Source: a virus (lineage: Duplodnaviria; Caudoviricetes). From it: DNA of 61,577 nt. The DNA lies in the IMG/VR virus record IMGVR_UViG_3300016471_000824, positions 1 to 61,577 of that record, one strand, 5' to 3'. A program made the translations under genes and the position numbers. This document shows, in pieces, positions 39,001 through 49,300 of the stretch. Position 1 is the first letter of the stretch. Each line of letters starts with the position of its first letter. The notes under the pieces were generated by a model, which was not told where the DNA came from, searched no databases, and worked only from the letters and a program-made list of their open reading frames with translations.

Positions 39001-42000
39001 TCATGGTGGTGGAGGTGGTGGTGTATTCTGTGTTACTACATTTGTAGTAGGTTTTAAAATTTGTAATGCTTTTTCAAAATAATACTCATAAAACTCTAAT
39101 TCATTGGTTGATGCCATTTTGTTAAAACTTTCCAAACCAGTAGTGGTACTATCAGCAAAAGAATTTACATAACAAAACTTAACATATTGTTCAACATTTA
39201 TTTGTGTACTATTGTCTTGTAAAGTAATTGTTCTTGGTTTCCATCTGTTAACTAAAAATGTCACATAATCAGTTAAAGTTTCGAATTCAACATAAGGAAT
39301 ATTTTTAGTATTACAAAAATATTTTTTGTTACCAATATTATTTGGCCAAGTTTGACCATTACCAATAGAAATTAAACCAGGATTATTTCCTATAATTTTT
39401 AAACTATTTTCATCGTCAAAAGAATTTACGAAAGACCAATAGAAAATTGTATACAATAATTTTTCATCTGTAGTTTGACTTTTTATTTCGTCAATTAAAG
39501 TTTTATAATCAATATTAGTTTTAGGTGGATTAGTGTCACTAACATAAGTACTAAATGTGGCATCAGGTTTACAAGTTTCATTTGTTGTTTGTTGAACTTG
39601 TTGTGACGCGGCATTTCCAGCATTACTTGTTACACTATTTGTTACATTATTAACGTTTGTACTTTGTTGAGCAGTAGTTGTTTGAGAATTTGTACTTTGT
39701 TGTTTAATTAATTCTGTTATTTTACTAACTAAATTAGCTCTGAGATTTTGGATATAATTATCAATTTTAGGTAAATTTGGAACTGGTTGTCTAACCCCTT
39801 CAAAACTTGTTTCGAATGAACTATCACCAATTTCGTGAGAGACAGAAGTTATGTAGTATGAACCACTGAACATAGGAACATTTCTCAGATTAAAATACAT
39901 TGTTGGTTGAATCAGAGCATTTCCTAACATATCCACATTACAAGTATAACTCCTATTTTTATATAAATTATACAAAGAAACACTTTGTGTAGTACCACCT
40001 CTGTTACCCCCTTGGTTTGCCATTTCATTCAAAATTTGTAATGACTCAGCTGTTGCCAATGATGAATTTTGACCAACACTGAAACTTTTAAACACACCTT
40101 GATTTTGAGGTCCGATATCAACGTTAAATCCAACTACTCTATTAGACTTATCCCAATCTTTTTTTCCTACTTGATTTTCAACCAAAGGGTTGTCACTTGC
40201 TCTTGTTAAGTCAAATGAATCACTCCTAAATCTAAAATCAACACTTTTAACATCAGGTTGTTCACTTGGTTTTCCTGCATATGTACATACCATCTTTGCA
40301 GTTGATTCTCTATAATCTACATTCAAAAAAGTTCCAAAAAGTGTATTTGCAAAATCAGCACTACCTTCCAATCTTGGTTTTGGATTTTTAATGGCATCTT
40401 GTACATTATAAAAATTGATATAATTTGGTATTGTAAGTACTACAAAGTGATTCAATTGTAATATACCAGTTACGTAAGTATATAAACTTGATGCCGCGTT
40501 AATATTCGTAATTTGGTCACTGATTGAAAATATATCAACCAAAACTTCTTCACCAATATTTTTATTCGCTCTATCTAATAATAAAACATCTTCGAAAAGT
40601 GTTTTTGTTTTATAGTCATTTCCTGAAATCCATTTATCATTTAGTGCTTTGAAAGTTTCCCAAAGTTCTACTTTTGGTTGTGGCTCACCAGTTAGTTTGG
40701 ATGGTTTTTGTTCCTCTGCCGTGATATTAACATTAGCTAAAGATTTTTGTAATTTTGGTATCAAATTATTGATAATTTTATCCCTAAAATTATCAACTTG
40801 TGATAAGTATGTGGTCATTGCAGTTCTGAATGCGTTTTTACCATTTTGTTGTGTGGTATTTGGAGTTGCAGTATAGGTTTGTGGTTCAACAAATTCTTGT
40901 CTTACTATATATTGAGGATCATTAGGATTACTTGATAATGAACCATAAGCAGTTTGAATCACTTGATTTGTAATCAATGTATAATACGCATTCGTAGTTG
41001 CTGTTATATTAAAATTGTTTTGAATTCGTAAACTATTGGGTATAAAATTATATAAACTTTCGAACAAAGGAGTGCCATCCACGTTCTTGTATACTGTTCT
41101 ATATTTACCATCAAAAAATTCAATATTAATAGTAAATAAGTTTTTGAGGTATGTGATACCAACTATTTGAGTGGGTGTTGTTGGTGGTGTAGTTGGTGGT
41201 TCAATTTGATTTTGTTGAAATTGATTCAATTTTTGGGTTGCATATATTTTAATAATTGGAGCAAATGATTTTACATTATCTTCATTAAAAGAAATATTGA
41301 AATCAACAAAAAAATCTGTAATATATGAACCACTATTTTTATAAGTTAATTCCTGAATAGTGGAAAACCCTACATATGTTCTCAATGTTTTCCAAACGTT
41401 TGGATAGTTTACTTCAGAAAATAACAAGGTTGGATTTCCATTCACTGGTACAGAGTTTGGTGTTATTGTTTGATATTTTTCCCAAACAATCGGATCAACA
41501 ACATCTAAATTAGAAAAAGTTAAAAATAATTTTCTATCAAAACTAGATGGATTACCAAATTTAAAATATATATCATAATTTAAAAAATTACCGATATATG
41601 AATTTATTTTTTCAAATTGACTTGTTTGAACTAATGATACAATTTCTTCCCCTGTGTTACCAGTAATTATAGGTATTTTCATCATATCTCTCATGAAAGC
41701 TTGAAAATTTTTAAAACTTTTTACTGATGGAACTTGAGTTATTCCACCTGAAATTGTTGTAGAACCTTCACTTTCTATATCATATACTGAAAGAGAAAAC
41801 TTCAAAAATTCATTCTCGAAACCATCCAATATATCTTTGGGAAAGATTGCTAATAATTCTTCCATTTTGGAAGGTAATAATGGACTAAAACTAAAATTTT
41901 CTTGGTTTTCAGTGGATGGGTTAACGTGTTTTAAATAAGAATCATATGGTGGTTTAGATAATTTATCATTATCAAAATATCCATAGTTTGGAGCAGTCCA

Positions 42001-45000
42001 AAAACTTCTTACAGCACCATTATGTACCGCGGTATTTCCAGTTACTTGAACAACAATTGATGATATTCCATTCAATGATGTTTTTTTAAAGCACTCTAAT
42101 TTAGTTTGGTTTATCAATGACCCACTTGAAGGTATTTGATACCAAAATTGGTTAGATGGTGTTTTAACACTGACAGACCATGGAATTATTTTTGTATTTA
42201 AAGTTCTTGCTGAGTTAGTTTCGTTTATTATTGCATCAGCAACATATTCCATAGTCAATCCAGAACTTAAAGCTTCTTGTATAAGTGTGTCAGTATATCC
42301 AACAGATTGTGAATTAGTTATAAAGAAATTAGAATTACTTACAGATTGTGGTAAATTTATTGTATATTGTCCATCACCACCAGGTGTACCATTTAGTTGT
42401 GATAAAATAGTTGTACCTGCCAAGAAACTTGTTCCACCAATAATATTACCAACTTGAATTTGACTATAATTTACTGATTGTATTGTGAGTATTGTTCCTC
42501 CACTGATTCTGGCAATTCCATTTATTTGTTGGTTACTTTTAATAATTTCATATCCCTGATAAAAAACATTAAAATCATTTATTAACTTTGGATAAAACCC
42601 CACATTTATAATTACAGATGTGGTTGCAGCTGTACCTAAACCAATTACATTTATGTCCTCTAATATAATATCAACATTTGAATTATTTATAGTCAAACTA
42701 TATGTTTTAGTGGCAGCGGAAGTGACTGGATCATAATTAACCAAACTATTAAAATTTTTCCAAGAGTTATCTAAAATATCAAAATTATTTCCACTTTCTA
42801 CATACTTTTTATATCTATGCCATACTGAACCTAATTTTAGTAACCAAACATATGGTACTTTATGAATACCTGAAAACTTTTTTAAAGAAGAAAAAATATA
42901 ACTTAGGTTTTTTTCTTCATTAAATTCATATGTTTTATATTTTTCCTTTGGTGTTGCCAAAGGTAAACTATTTAGAAACAAATATGCAGGTACCGTAAAT
43001 GGATATTCGTCTCCATCTCTAAATTTTTGAATTGCTTCTTGTATTGAATTGGTAAAATATGGAGTGTTTAACATAGAAGAAGTTTGATTAGCCAAACCTA
43101 AATTTCCATTATAGTTGGAGTAGTCAACATTTCCCTCCGTAATAAGTTGTGTTCTATAATCAGTAGTCCTTGTTTGATAAAAAGTTTTTAAATTATCCTC
43201 ATTAATTGAAGGTTCAGTTGGATTTTCAAAAACAAAATGAGTTAATGGTCTTATTTGATTGAAAATAGTATCTGGTTTAAAATTAGTTATAACTTTTTTA
43301 TTTTTATTATAGAATAAAACATCTTTGGTGTCCATAATTTGATTAACAGAGTTAACACCAACACCATTAGCTAAGTTATTCTTACACCAATTTAAATTTG
43401 TAAATGGGAAAGTATCAGTAAAGTCAATTTTGTTAGCAGGTGTTGAATCGTTAATAAATTTTTCTAATTTTTCTTCATCAACTATTGATAGTTGTGGTTC
43501 GGTGGCTCTACTAACAATATCCGAACTTTTAATAAATTCAAAACTAGAATTAGAAATTTGATTTTTAATATACTTTGTATTAAAAATACCTCTTATATAA
43601 TTTTGCCAACTTTCACCTATACCACCATTTGATATTTGTCTGAGTATCAATGGAAATGTCTGAGCATTAAATCCCAAGTTTTTAAGTTTCATTATTATGA
43701 AAGGATTGTTTATTCCTAAACTATCCAAAAGATTTGCCCCTTCGAATTCTGCTAAAACATTAGAAATTTCATCCGCTGTTGTATTTGAGTTGTTTGCACG
43801 AGTTATTTTAGAATAATTTACTAAATAAATTAATCTTTCGTAAATTTCATAAAAAAACTTTACCTCTTCTTTATTACTATAAACTTGATTTGTTATTGGA
43901 AATTCAATTGCGTTAATAGATGCCCTTTTTATATCTAATACTTCATTTGTGGTCGGTCCTATTTCTTTTCTTTCAGGATCTCTTTCGGTTAAACCCTTGA
44001 TAAATTCTTCAACAAATTCAATTTCAGGCCACACATCATACCTGAAACCTTGTGTTCGATTAATTAGGGATTGGTCACCCGGATATCTGATTTCGTATTT
44101 TTCTTGTCCTTTTTCCCCATTTGTAGCAACAATAAATTGAGGCCAAGGATATATTGGTGTATTTGTATCATCACCAGGATTAATATTATCTTGAGATGCA
44201 CCAGCAATTTGTGGGTCGAAAATTGCCCTTTTTCTGATTACATTATTTCTTTCGTTCCATGCTTTGGTATGTACATCATCCATCAATCTCAAAAAAGCTT
44301 CACCATTTGCAAAAAAAACAGCCAAAACATTTCTTATGTTTGGTATAAATCCAATACCATTATTTTTATTTTGTAATAAATCAGCTAAAGCCTCAGTCAA
44401 AGCATTTTCAATATCTTCTCTGATTCTTTTAAGGTCTGTACTCATTCTTTGGTATATTTCATCGAATGAACTTTCCCCCTCGAAGAAGAAAAATTTTTTT
44501 TCTTGTTTTATTTCACCATTTTTAGTTTTGAAAGAACCAGCCTGAAATTCAGTTTGTAATTCCAATTCAGCTTGGAATGTTTCTAACTCAGCAGGTGTTG
44601 GTTCTTTCTTTTTTCGTTGTAAAAAAGTTTCAGCGATGTCAATATCTTTAACTTGTATTATTTTTCTAAACGTATCGATATTGATATTAAAATTGATAGC
44701 ACTTTTAACTTCAGGTTTTTTACCAATTTTATATTTTCCGTTTTCACCCAAAGTTGCATTTCTTTTCAACAAAGCGTTAAATAAATTAATGATGGCAATT
44801 AATTTGGTCTCTGCGGTATTTCTTTTATCAGGAGTATCAACTTCCTTCGCAAATGTAAAAACTTTAGTTTTTTTGTCAGTTAAAAGAATAAAGTTTTCAT
44901 TGTCCATAAATTCATTACTCCATGCTTGAACACCAGCATAAAAGAAAACATAACCTCTATATTCATCTAACTTAACTCTGTAATCTTCACAATCACTAAG

Positions 45001-45993
45001 TGGTTGTAAATTTTCTTTAGCAAAGGTGTCCATTTTGTTCTTTATAAAAACATCCAACCTATCTTTCATTTCCAATAAAGTTAACTCAGGAAAATCGTCA
45101 GGAACTATTCCTTTGGACTTATATTCACTATAGACTTCTTGAATTTTTTGATAACCTCTAGTAATTGTTCTATTTTGAACATTAGCAGATTGATTAGGTA
45201 CTCCACTTTTTTCTTGTATTCTTAGATTAGTTTTATACATATAAGGTGTGGCCAAAATACCACCCATAGTTATTTCGGATAATACATTATATTTGTATGT
45301 GTAAAATTTTAAATCAACATCAAAATTACCTGACGATGTATTAAAAGAAGCACCAAACTTATATAACATTAAAGGTAACCTAATTGCTTTTCCCAAATAA
45401 CCTTTCAGGGTAAGATAGAACAACGGATATGGTAAATTAAAAAAAACAGCATAAGGTGAATTATCTCCCGATTCAAATAAAGCTCTACCCCTTACATCAA
45501 TCATTCTAATTGTTATAACTGGTTCAAACGCGGTATTAATTGTAACACTAATTGTTTTAATACCTAACAACCCATTTTCTGTTGCACCTGGTTTACCACC
45601 ACTATTAATCGTTTGTCTTACGTAATAATCATCGTTTTTATTTGGATTTTTAAACTGATTTTTGATTGGTTGATTTACACCTTGACCTTTTAATGAATCT
45701 TTACCAGTTATTTCATCAGTCCATTTGGTGTTAAGAAAATCCTCACCACCTGGTTGTAAAAAGTTTAATGAAGCAACCGAAATAGTTTGTATCGCATCGT
45801 TTGCAGCAACACCTACAGCTAATTTAGTTCTTGGTATTACTTTACATTCAAGGTTAGCGTAGTAAACCATATTTTCCATTCTAATATGTCTATCTTTTGC
45901 ACGACCATCTTCATCGATGATTTTGTTAGGGTCTACTACTATAATATTGTTATAGTCAAAATCGACTAATATGTTTTCAGGTCTATCTACCAT
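39001..45993 (-). CDS. Giant baseplate hub protein (gp27/gpD-like termini with large inserts)
   Basis: 2330 aa; SYTCNVDMLGNALIQPTMYF...SGSYYITSVSHEI...FETSFEGVR is a gp27/gpD-type C-terminal motif; follows the gp53-like gene. Confidence 0.65.
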   Translation of the reverse strand: MVDRPENILVDFDYNNIIVVDPNKIIDEDGRAKDRHIRMENMVYYANLECKVIPRTKLAVGVAANDAIQTISVASLNFLQPGGEDFLNTKWTDEITGKDSLKGQGVNQPIKNQFKNPNKNDDYYVRQTINSGGKPGATENGLLGIKTISVTINTAFEPVITIRMIDVRGRALFESGDNSPYAVFFNLPYPLFYLTLKGYLGKAIRLPLMLYKFGASFNTSSGNFDVDLKFYTYKYNVLSEITMGGILATPYMYKTNLRIQEKSGVPNQSANVQNRTITRGYQKIQEVYSEYKSKGIVPDDFPELTLLEMKDRLDVFIKNKMDTFAKENLQPLSDCEDYRVKLDEYRGYVFFYAGVQAWSNEFMDNENFILLTDKKTKVFTFAKEVDTPDKRNTAETKLIAIINLFNALLKRNATLGENGKYKIGKKPEVKSAINFNINIDTFRKIIQVKDIDIAETFLQRKKKEPTPAELETFQAELELQTEFQAGSFKTKNGEIKQEKKFFFFEGESSFDEIYQRMSTDLKRIREDIENALTEALADLLQNKNNGIGFIPNIRNVLAVFFANGEAFLRLMDDVHTKAWNERNNVIRKRAIFDPQIAGASQDNINPGDDTNTPIYPWPQFIVATNGEKGQEKYEIRYPGDQSLINRTQGFRYDVWPEIEFVEEFIKGLTERDPERKEIGPTTNEVLDIKRASINAIEFPITNQVYSNKEEVKFFYEIYERLIYLVNYSKITRANNSNTTADEISNVLAEFEGANLLDSLGINNPFIIMKLKNLGFNAQTFPLILRQISNGGIGESWQNYIRGIFNTKYIKNQISNSSFEFIKSSDIVSRATEPQLSIVDEEKLEKFINDSTPANKIDFTDTFPFTNLNWCKNNLANGVGVNSVNQIMDTKDVLFYNKNKKVITNFKPDTIFNQIRPLTHFVFENPTEPSINEDNLKTFYQTRTTDYRTQLITEGNVDYSNYNGNLGLANQTSSMLNTPYFTNSIQEAIQKFRDGDEYPFTVPAYLFLNSLPLATPKEKYKTYEFNEEKNLSYIFSSLKKFSGIHKVPYVWLLKLGSVWHRYKKYVESGNNFDILDNSWKNFNSLVNYDPVTSAATKTYSLTINNSNVDIILEDINVIGLGTAATTSVIINVGFYPKLINDFNVFYQGYEIIKSNQQINGIARISGGTILTIQSVNYSQIQVGNIIGGTSFLAGTTILSQLNGTPGGDGQYTINLPQSVSNSNFFITNSQSVGYTDTLIQEALSSGLTMEYVADAIINETNSARTLNTKIIPWSVSVKTPSNQFWYQIPSSGSLINQTKLECFKKTSLNGISSIVVQVTGNTAVHNGAVRSFWTAPNYGYFDNDKLSKPPYDSYLKHVNPSTENQENFSFSPLLPSKMEELLAIFPKDILDGFENEFLKFSLSVYDIESEGSTTISGGITQVPSVKSFKNFQAFMRDMMKIPIITGNTGEEIVSLVQTSQFEKINSYIGNFLNYDIYFKFGNPSSFDRKLFLTFSNLDVVDPIVWEKYQTITPNSVPVNGNPTLLFSEVNYPNVWKTLRTYVGFSTIQELTYKNSGSYITDFFVDFNISFNEDNVKSFAPIIKIYATQKLNQFQQNQIEPPTTPPTTPTQIVGITYLKNLFTINIEFFDGKYRTVYKNVDGTPLFESLYNFIPNSLRIQNNFNITATTNAYYTLITNQVIQTAYGSLSSNPNDPQYIVRQEFVEPQTYTATPNTTQQNGKNAFRTAMTTYLSQVDNFRDKIINNLIPKLQKSLANVNITAEEQKPSKLTGEPQPKVELWETFKALNDKWISGNDYKTKTLFEDVLLLDRANKNIGEEVLVDIFSISDQITNINAASSLYTYVTGILQLNHFVVLTIPNYINFYNVQDAIKNPKPRLEGSADFANTLFGTFLNVDYRESTAKMVCTYAGKPSEQPDVKSVDFRFRSDSFDLTRASDNPLVENQVGKKDWDKSNRVVGFNVDIGPQNQGVFKSFSVGQNSSLATAESLQILNEMANQGGNRGGTTQSVSLYNLYKNRSYTCNVDMLGNALIQPTMYFNLRNVPMFSGSYYITSVSHEIGDSSFETSFEGVRQPVPNLPKIDNYIQNLRANLVSKITELIKQQSTNSQTTTAQQSTNVNNVTNSVTSNAGNAASQQVQQTTNETCKPDATFSTYVSDTNPPKTNIDYKTLIDEIKSQTTDEKLLYTIFYWSFVNSFDDENSLKIIGNNPGLISIGNGQTWPNNIGNKKYFCNTKNIPYVEFETLTDYVTFLVNRWKPRTITLQDNSTQINVEQYVKFCYVNSFADSTTTGLESFNKMASTNELEFYEYYFEKALQILKPTTNVVTQNTPPPPPP

Positions 45994-46306
45994 AATAGAA
46001 AAAATGATTGTTTAATTGAGATTTGTAATCTTGTAAAGAAGTTACTAACGGATAAGGTATTGTCAATATAGAACCATCAGGAATATTCCATTCTTGACCT
46101 CCATATTGTGGATTAGCAATTAAAATTAACCAACCAAATGTGGGGGTACCATAATATTGTTGTGAAACTTTATCCATACGAGACATTCCAATTTTATAAA
46201 TATATTTTTTATCACTACTCTTATTAGGTAGTTGAATATATGGTACAATGGTTTGTTGTCCATTCAAAAGAAAATCAGCGTATCTATTGTATGTTTGTCT
46301 TGCCAT
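45983..46306 (-). CDS. Baseplate wedge protein (T4 gp53 / LysM-like)
   Basis: RMDKVSQQYYGTPTFGWLILIANP...IPDGSILTIP. Confidence 0.8.
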   Translation of the reverse strand: MARQTYNRYADFLLNGQQTIVPYIQLPNKSSDKKYIYKIGMSRMDKVSQQYYGTPTFGWLILIANPQYGGQEWNIPDGSILTIPYPLVTSLQDYKSQLNNHFFYYGR

Positions 46307-46309
46307 GAT

Positions 46310-49300
46310 TTAACTATTAAAAGAAACTTTTCCATCAAATGTTTTAGTATCTAAATTTGTATTCACTGTACTGTATACATTTTTAATATTAGTTTCTTGT
46401 GTTGTATTTGTATTTTGATTAGGTATTGTCGAGTAAGTAAATTTTCTTGTTTTACCTTTAGGGTATAAAATTTTATCAGGACTACTCAAGTAATTTTTTA
46501 AAAATGGGTCTTTTCTTAATTCCTTAAATATTTTTTCTTCGCTTGCTAATTCTTTTTCATATTTGTTTGATAATTTATTAACAATTTGTGTAAACTGATT
46601 TTTTAGATTCAAAGGGGTTTTAATTTGTAATAAATTACCTTTTATTATACTATCAATGAACGCATCTTTTTTGTTTTTATTTGCTAAAATTCTTGATATC
46701 ACCATAAAAAAGAAAACCTCAGAAATATTTTCGAATGAACTTTCGTTGACAAGGGTAATTGACTCAATGTCATCTGATGTAAATATTACTTGATACTTGG
46801 GATTAGTTTGATTCGGATTCTTTGACAAATAATCATTGTAGTCCAATAAGGCCTCATAAACTTTTTCGTAATCATATGATAACTCTTGAGTTGTATTAGT
46901 AGGGGTTGGACTACTTTCTAAACTTGACTTACTTACCTCGGATGTACCAGTTAAATTATAAACTCTTGGTTTATTACCATTTAGTAATTTTCCATCGGTA
47001 TTTTCCCCAATTAAATTCAGTTGTCTAATTAAATAGACGTAATCTTGTTGAAATTTTATAAAATCTTGAGTTGTAGTTGTAATACCACTCTCAAATTCCG
47101 ATTGTAATGTTTTAATATACTCTTTCATATTTTGTTTTACACCTTTAATCGCATCTGAATCTTCCTTAAAATTTTTATATATTAATTCTTCAATTATAAT
47201 ATTTGCAGAAACTTCATCAATATTTCCAATATCTTCTATTACATTTTTAAATAATAAACTTAAACTTTCTCCAACTTTAGAAGGTGCACCCCATATAGGA
47301 GTATCTTGGTTTGCATGCGTTGTGCCTTTTATTAAACCAGTTGTATACAATCTCTTTTGGTTAACTAATTGTAATATTCCATAGTTATAGTTAAGTGTAA
47401 TTTTTTCTAAAGTGTTTAAAGTATTATTAAAATAAGCAATGGTTTCATCTACCATCTTATCCATTATTTTACCATAGGAAATTTCCCCATTTTGACCATT
47501 CGGTACTGGTATATTAGTAAGTATTTCACCAATAGTAGACCCTCCAGGGTTAGTTTGTGGTGGTGTTGAATTTTGTGGTTTTGCAGTTTCTTGACCTGCA
47601 GTTAAAGATGAAATTATTTCTTGATCAACTATTTTATAACTTTCGTCAGTGGGGGTTGCCCTCTCATCATATATCTCGGTATTTGCATAATAATTAAATG
47701 ACAGAGCGTTTTGTAATTGTTCAACAGGACCTTTCAATCCCATTCCACCAATTATATCAAAAGATAGTTTTACACTAACAATCATTGGTTGTAATCCAAT
47801 TCCTTCTGGATTTAAATCGAATTGACCATCCTTTTCATATGTAAAATTAATATCTCCAGGTACTATTTTAGTATTGAAAAAATCACCTATTCTCAAAATC
47901 AATATAGGTGGAGCACCAAAAGAAGTATTTTGGGCATCATTGTATCTTGGTTTACCATCTACACCTATAGTTGGAATTGTTTCACCAGGCCTAGTACATT
48001 GGTTTAAAAATGTTAAACGAGCATTTAGGCCTTCAGGTGTCATAGAATGAAAGAGTGGATTAAAATATTTAATCTTTTCAACTATTGATGTATATATCAT
48101 CGGATTTTCTTCTTTTAAAACCTCAAAATAGTCACACTCACTAAATAAATTTCTCAATATTTTTTTTCCAATTCCCTCTTTTAATTTTTTAACTATATCG
48201 ATAGTTGGTTGTACCCTTTCTACAGGTCTACTTGATACAACATCAATTTGTTGAGTTTTAACCTCTTTTTGTTGTTCAGGATTAGCTTGTTCAGTCGTTT
48301 CAATATCAGGTACATCAACAACAATTGACTTAATAATAACACGTCTACAAGCCATTGCATTTACAGAATATATCTGTGATTGAGAAGTTATATTACCATT
48401 AGTACTTTTGACATCCTCGGTACAATTAACTTCAAATCCTGGTGTACCATCCGCTGATTTGGGGACAACACTCTTTGCTTTTTCTCCACTTGCAATTTCT
48501 TTTATTATTAGTTTTTTATCGTCTATAAATTTTTGTAAATTAGCATCACCAATTTTAAATGTTTTTAAAAAATTTTCAACAGAGTCAATTCTTCGTTGAG
48601 ATAGTTTTTCGTTATAATTATCTGAAGCTGTTGCTGATGCTGCTCCCTCCATTTCTATAGTAATTGTTCCTTTCTTGTTATTGAGTAAGTCAAAAGCATC
48701 CGTTATAAAGTTTTTTTGACTTGATGAAACTTTTTCATAATTAGTTTTGATTACAGAATCAAAAAATTCATTGACGTTTTTTGCTCTATTACAAAACTCT
48801 ACATTTTGTTTACAGAAAGTTCCCCCTGACGCAAAAGCCGAATCTGCATTTGTTTTGTAGACTTCTTTTTTTGAAATATAGTCATCATATGTGTTATTAT
48901 ATGGAATGTCACCCGAAGATGGAATATCATTATCAAAATAAAAACCAACACCTAAATATGTGTCTACAAAAGCTTTTTTAGCAGGATCAGGTGTTGTTTT
49001 TTTAGTTGTTGAGTTTGCTTCAAGATTACCACCACTTTCTCCACCCAAAGGAACATTTTGTTTTGATATTTCATTGATAATTTGACCAAGTTCTTCTTTA
49101 GTTAGTCTTGGATTATTAATAACTTCTTGATATGTATATAATTCAGATAAAGGTATGGTGTTAAACTTTTTAGCTAACTCGTAAATATCAAATTTTACAC
49201 AACCAGCAAAAAAAGAATCAATTATGGAATCTATTTTTTCTTTCGATTGTCCCTTTAATTGTTTTTGAACAATTGTATTCATAACTGATGGGTGGTCAAC

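Noticed and set aside
39001-39003. UGA as selenocysteine
   Set aside because: It sits in a polyproline linker, not a redox motif, and the downstream hairpin does not clearly match a bacterial SECIS.
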